A DNA stretch of 32,000 nucleotides. It comes from Bacillota bacterium (GTDB lineage: Bacteria; Bacillota; Negativicutes; Sporomusales; Sporomusaceae). The notes beneath the pieces were generated by a model. That model saw only the letters and a list, made by a program, of their open reading frames with translations, ran no database searches and was not told where the DNA came from. This document shows positions 29,374 through 32,000 of the stretch, in pieces. The stretch spans positions 42,151-74,150 of the forward strand of contig JAEWGR010000056.1 of assembly GCA_023388195.1 (NCBI GenBank). The letters run 5' to 3'. The translations under genes and the position numbers were made by a program. Positions within the stretch are counted from its first letter, which is position 1, and each line of letters begins with the position of its first letter.

Positions 29374-29402
29374 ATTGTATGCCGGAGGGGCGCGGGTGTT
29401 AA
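29374..29402 (-). promoter_or_regulatory. Sigma-A-like promoter for the ferritin-like gene
   Basis: The minus strand reads TTAACA-N17-TACAAT (-35 at 29402-29397, -10 at 29379-29374). Confidence 0.5.
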
Positions 29403-29413
29403 CCCTAATATTA

Positions 29414-29442
29414 TTGATGTGTCAGCAATAGTGCCGTAATAT
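29414..29442 (+). promoter_or_regulatory. Sigma-A-like promoter for the diguanylate cyclase operon
   Basis: TTGATG (29414-29419), a 17-nt spacer, then TAATAT (29437-29442). It is divergent from the ferritin-like promoter. Confidence 0.45.
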
Positions 29443-29464
29443 TTTACAAAAAGAGGCGGGCAGG

Positions 29465-31000
29465 ATGGACGAAAAACAACAAACTGATAAGTATATTGAG
29501 GGACTCCATGCTAAACTGGCACTGCTCGAAGCCGAAAACGTCCAACTTAAGCAGACTCAGCAACGGATAGCTGAAATAAATAATAATTATTTGATGCTGC
29601 ATTATCTGACTAATAACATTCAAGACTGCCAGACGTCACAGGGGCTCTGGCAAGCTTACCTGCACAACCTGAGTAGCTGCGGCTTAAATTATGACGATGT
29701 TGCGGTAATTCTGCCTGATGATAATGACAATTTTACCATTAAACTTACCCTTGAGGACGGTATCCTAACGCAAACGGCATTTGTGCCGGAGGCTGATTAT
29801 ATCATGCAGGCGGCTACTCTTAAGGCCGCTGTTACCTCAACTGATAATTTGCAAGTTGCCGCCCCTATTGTGAAAAAAAAGGGTGTGGTCAGAGCCATTA
29901 TTTTAGCCGAAAAAAACAGCGGCATCTTTTTTGAAGATTTACAGCTCCTGGATGTATATATCCGGCAAACAGCGGCTATTATTGAAAATATTATTCTTAA
30001 TGAAAGTCTCCGGCAGTTTCAGGAATTATTAGGCCGGCAGCTTGATCAGTTTGTTATGCTCCATTATGTTACCAAAGCCATTCATGATGCCGGTAATTAC
30101 TATGGTGTGCTGACAAATTATCTTACGACCTTATGCTCGCCGCTGGGCTTTGGTTTTCAGGAGGGAATTCTTTATATTCTGGCTGAGAATAAGCCGCAAA
30201 AAGCCACGCTAAAAGGAGACCGGCTTATGATAAATGATCTCGATCCATTTGAAACCGGCCTGATTGAACGGATTATAAAGGCAAAACATTATCAAATTTC
30301 ACCCGATCACAGTCATTTATTAATGCCGCTTAAATCCTTCGGCAATATTACGGCGGTTATGGAAATAAACCATGATAAAGGGATCATGCCTGAACAGGTC
30401 CAGATGTTGGAGATATTTGCTATGCAGACATCATCTGCAATTGATAATACCAGACTTAAACTTCATTTAGAGTACTTAAGCTTCCATGATCAGTTGACAA
30501 AACTTTATAACCGGGCCTATTTTGAGACTGAGATACAGCGGATCGAGTCGGAAAATCGTTATCCGGCAGGTATCATAGTCTGTGATCTGGATGGGCTTAA
30601 AATGGTCAACGACACTTGGGGGCATGACGCTGGCGACGAATTTATTGCAGCAGCAGCACAACTTATCAAAACAGCCACGCCTGAAGATGCGGTAGCTGCC
30701 CGCATTGGCGGTGATGAATTTGGCATTATCATTACCGGCACAGCTGCTCAGGCAATAGACAAAGCGGGGCAAAATTTAAAGAAACTGCTAGTTAAGTACA
30801 ATGCCGGCGGGCCGGATATTCCGGTTGGTATGTCAATTGGCTGGGCAGCCAGCGAGTCCCCGGTGGCTGTGATCGAGATTTTTAAACAAGCCGATGCCCA
30901 GATGTATCGTGATAAATCCCTTAACGCTGACGCCAGTCGTAAGCATATTCTCAAGATGAATAAGCGACGTTTAGGCATTGGTGCGGAAAAGCTTCAGTAA
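29465..31000 (+). CDS. Diguanylate cyclase (coiled coil + GAF-like regions + GGDEF domain)
   Basis: C-terminal HDQLTKLYNRAYF ... IIVCDLDGLKMVNDTWGHDAGDEFI ... RIGGDEFGII, with an intact GGDEF motif. Confidence 0.9.
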   Translation: MDEKQQTDKYIEGLHAKLALLEAENVQLKQTQQRIAEINNNYLMLHYLTNNIQDCQTSQGLWQAYLHNLSSCGLNYDDVAVILPDDNDNFTIKLTLEDGILTQTAFVPEADYIMQAATLKAAVTSTDNLQVAAPIVKKKGVVRAIILAEKNSGIFFEDLQLLDVYIRQTAAIIENIILNESLRQFQELLGRQLDQFVMLHYVTKAIHDAGNYYGVLTNYLTTLCSPLGFGFQEGILYILAENKPQKATLKGDRLMINDLDPFETGLIERIIKAKHYQISPDHSHLLMPLKSFGNITAVMEINHDKGIMPEQVQMLEIFAMQTSSAIDNTRLKLHLEYLSFHDQLTKLYNRAYFETEIQRIESENRYPAGIIVCDLDGLKMVNDTWGHDAGDEFIAAAAQLIKTATPEDAVAARIGGDEFGIIITGTAAQAIDKAGQNLKKLLVKYNAGGPDIPVGMSIGWAASESPVAVIEIFKQADAQMYRDKSLNADASRKHILKMNKRRLGIGAEKLQ

Positions 31001-31022
31001 GGCAGTGACTCTGGAGGCGCTC

Positions 31023-32000
31023 ATGTTGATTGTAAGGTCGGTTCATAAATATATAAATTATTGGGTGCTGGCCATGATTGTTCCGCTGCTGCTGACTGCC
31101 GGGGCGGTTTGGGTTGAGAGCAGGCATATGCATGCTCTCCAGCAGGAGCAAGGGCAGACCGCTGCCAAACTCAGATACGAAATGGAGGCGGCCTGGCTTG
31201 ACAGCCAGGCCGTGTATATCAAGGCGATTGCCGGGTTATGTGGACGTCAGGCTGGTAATCAGGCCGCTATGCTGCAGGACTTTTATACCCTCCTTGATGC
31301 GAACACCGGGATAACGGCTTTAGCCTATGCCGGCATTGACGGGCGAATTCAGGTTGCGACTGCTGAACCTCCCGGGCGTTATATTGGCAATCATGAATAT
31401 TTTACTGTTGCTGCAACTGGTCAGCAGTATACCGGCAAAATCCCAGTTTTGGAGTGGGGACTGGGAGAGGCCGTGCCGGTGGTGGCGGTACCCGTTACCA
31501 TAGATAGTGAGATTGCCGGCATAGTTTACGGGGTTATTAGTGAAGCCCCTATGCAAGCAATAACCACCAAAGCGATTGCTGGCGGCCAAGAGAGTGAACT
31601 GCTCTTTCACCGTTGGCTAATCTGGCTGGGGGCCGTCTGCTTAGCGGGTCTAATACCGCCCTTATTAATGGGGATTTCTCGTGCCGGCCAGAGGGAAACC
31701 TCCCTGGGCCCGGATCCGGATCAGCCTGACTTTCCAGATCTGGGGGATACACTATCCGCGGCTGTGATTGATAAAACCCTGGCAGCTGCAGTTAAGATGC
31801 CTGCTGCAGGCAAGACAGCTGCAAGCAGTGAAACTCCGGCTGTAAGACCGCCAGTGATTACAGCCGCGATGTCTTCGCCGGCCCGGAGCATTCATGTAAC
31901 TGGCCGTGATGGCCTGGCAGGTTTGGTTACGACTGCCGGCTTTGACCAAATCCCCGCCACCGGGGCAGGGGTGATGAATCAAGGTGTTATTGTCTGCCAT
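31023..32000 (+). CDS. Membrane sensor protein (TM - Cache-like periplasmic domain - TM - linker - start of GGDEF-like domain); 3' end beyond the window; absent from the ORF track
   Basis: My hand translation from ATG 31023 (GGAGG 5 nt upstream) gives an open frame of 326 codons to the window end. The N-terminal TM is YWVLAMIVPLLLTAGAVWV. The Cache-like core is YAGIDGRIQVATAEPPGRYIGNHEYF...PVVAVPVTIDSEIAGIVYGVIS. The second TM is WLIWLGAVCLAGLIPPLLMG. The final RDGLAGLVTTAGFDQ resembles the D-x-LTGL-x-NR-x-F onset of GGDEF domains. Confidence 0.75.
   Translation, partial: MLIVRSVHKYINYWVLAMIVPLLLTAGAVWVESRHMHALQQEQGQTAAKLRYEMEAAWLDSQAVYIKAIAGLCGRQAGNQAAMLQDFYTLLDANTGITALAYAGIDGRIQVATAEPPGRYIGNHEYFTVAATGQQYTGKIPVLEWGLGEAVPVVAVPVTIDSEIAGIVYGVISEAPMQAITTKAIAGGQESELLFHRWLIWLGAVCLAGLIPPLLMGISRAGQRETSLGPDPDQPDFPDLGDTLSAAVIDKTLAAAVKMPAAGKTAASSETPAVRPPVITAAMSSPARSIHVTGRDGLAGLVTTAGFDQIPATGAGVMNQGVIVCH

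Noticed and set aside
1-32000. Mobile elements, prophage, tRNA/rRNA genes
   Set aside because: No transposase, integrase, recombinase or phage-like ORF appears in any frame. I saw no long terminal inverted repeats and no tRNA-like cloverleaf candidates. The insertions show no recognisable mobility genes.

Overview
Chromosomal window from an endospore-forming Firmicute (Bacillota); I cannot name the genus from sequence alone. Almost everything is on the + strand. The backbone is the conserved neighbourhood known from Bacillus and Clostridia: yabE, rnmV, ksgA, yabG ... ispE, purR ... glmU, prs ... pth. Lineage-specific blocks are inserted into it. (1) A YddA/SbmA-like ABC transporter lies between yabE and rnmV. 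(2) A roughly 10 kb block lies between yabG and ispE. It holds an orphan N6-adenine methyltransferase, a 56-aa ORF missing from the ORF track, and a Cys/Lys/Tyr-rich 92-aa protein behind a sigma-K-type promoter. It also holds two tandem DUF3794/SPOCS paralogues: one carries a C-D11-C-(HD)4-C...H8-C insert and the other ends in an SH3b domain. The rest of the block is a HipA-like kinase-fold protein, a YkuD L,D-transpeptidase, cyanophycinase plus cyanophycin synthetase, and a lone cheW. (3) GntR and nucleotidyltransferase genes follow ispE. (4) Threonine dehydratase sits where B. subtilis has yabJ. (5) A GNAT and a NodB deacetylase sit where B. subtilis has ctc. (6) After pth come a radical-SAM gene, a self-contained 44-codon mini-gene, an FGase-like hydrolase, a diiron ferritin-like protein and two diguanylate cyclases. 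The second cyclase runs off the window end and is absent from the ORF track. The most unusual non-coding signal is a family of six same-strand copies, at four intergenic loci, of an 80-100 nt hairpin-terminated element that I cannot assign to any known RNA or repeat family. I saw no tRNA, rRNA, CRISPR array, transposase or integrase. I cannot demonstrate a complete novel system. The best candidates are the repeat family and the yabG-adjacent predicted spore-envelope gene cluster.
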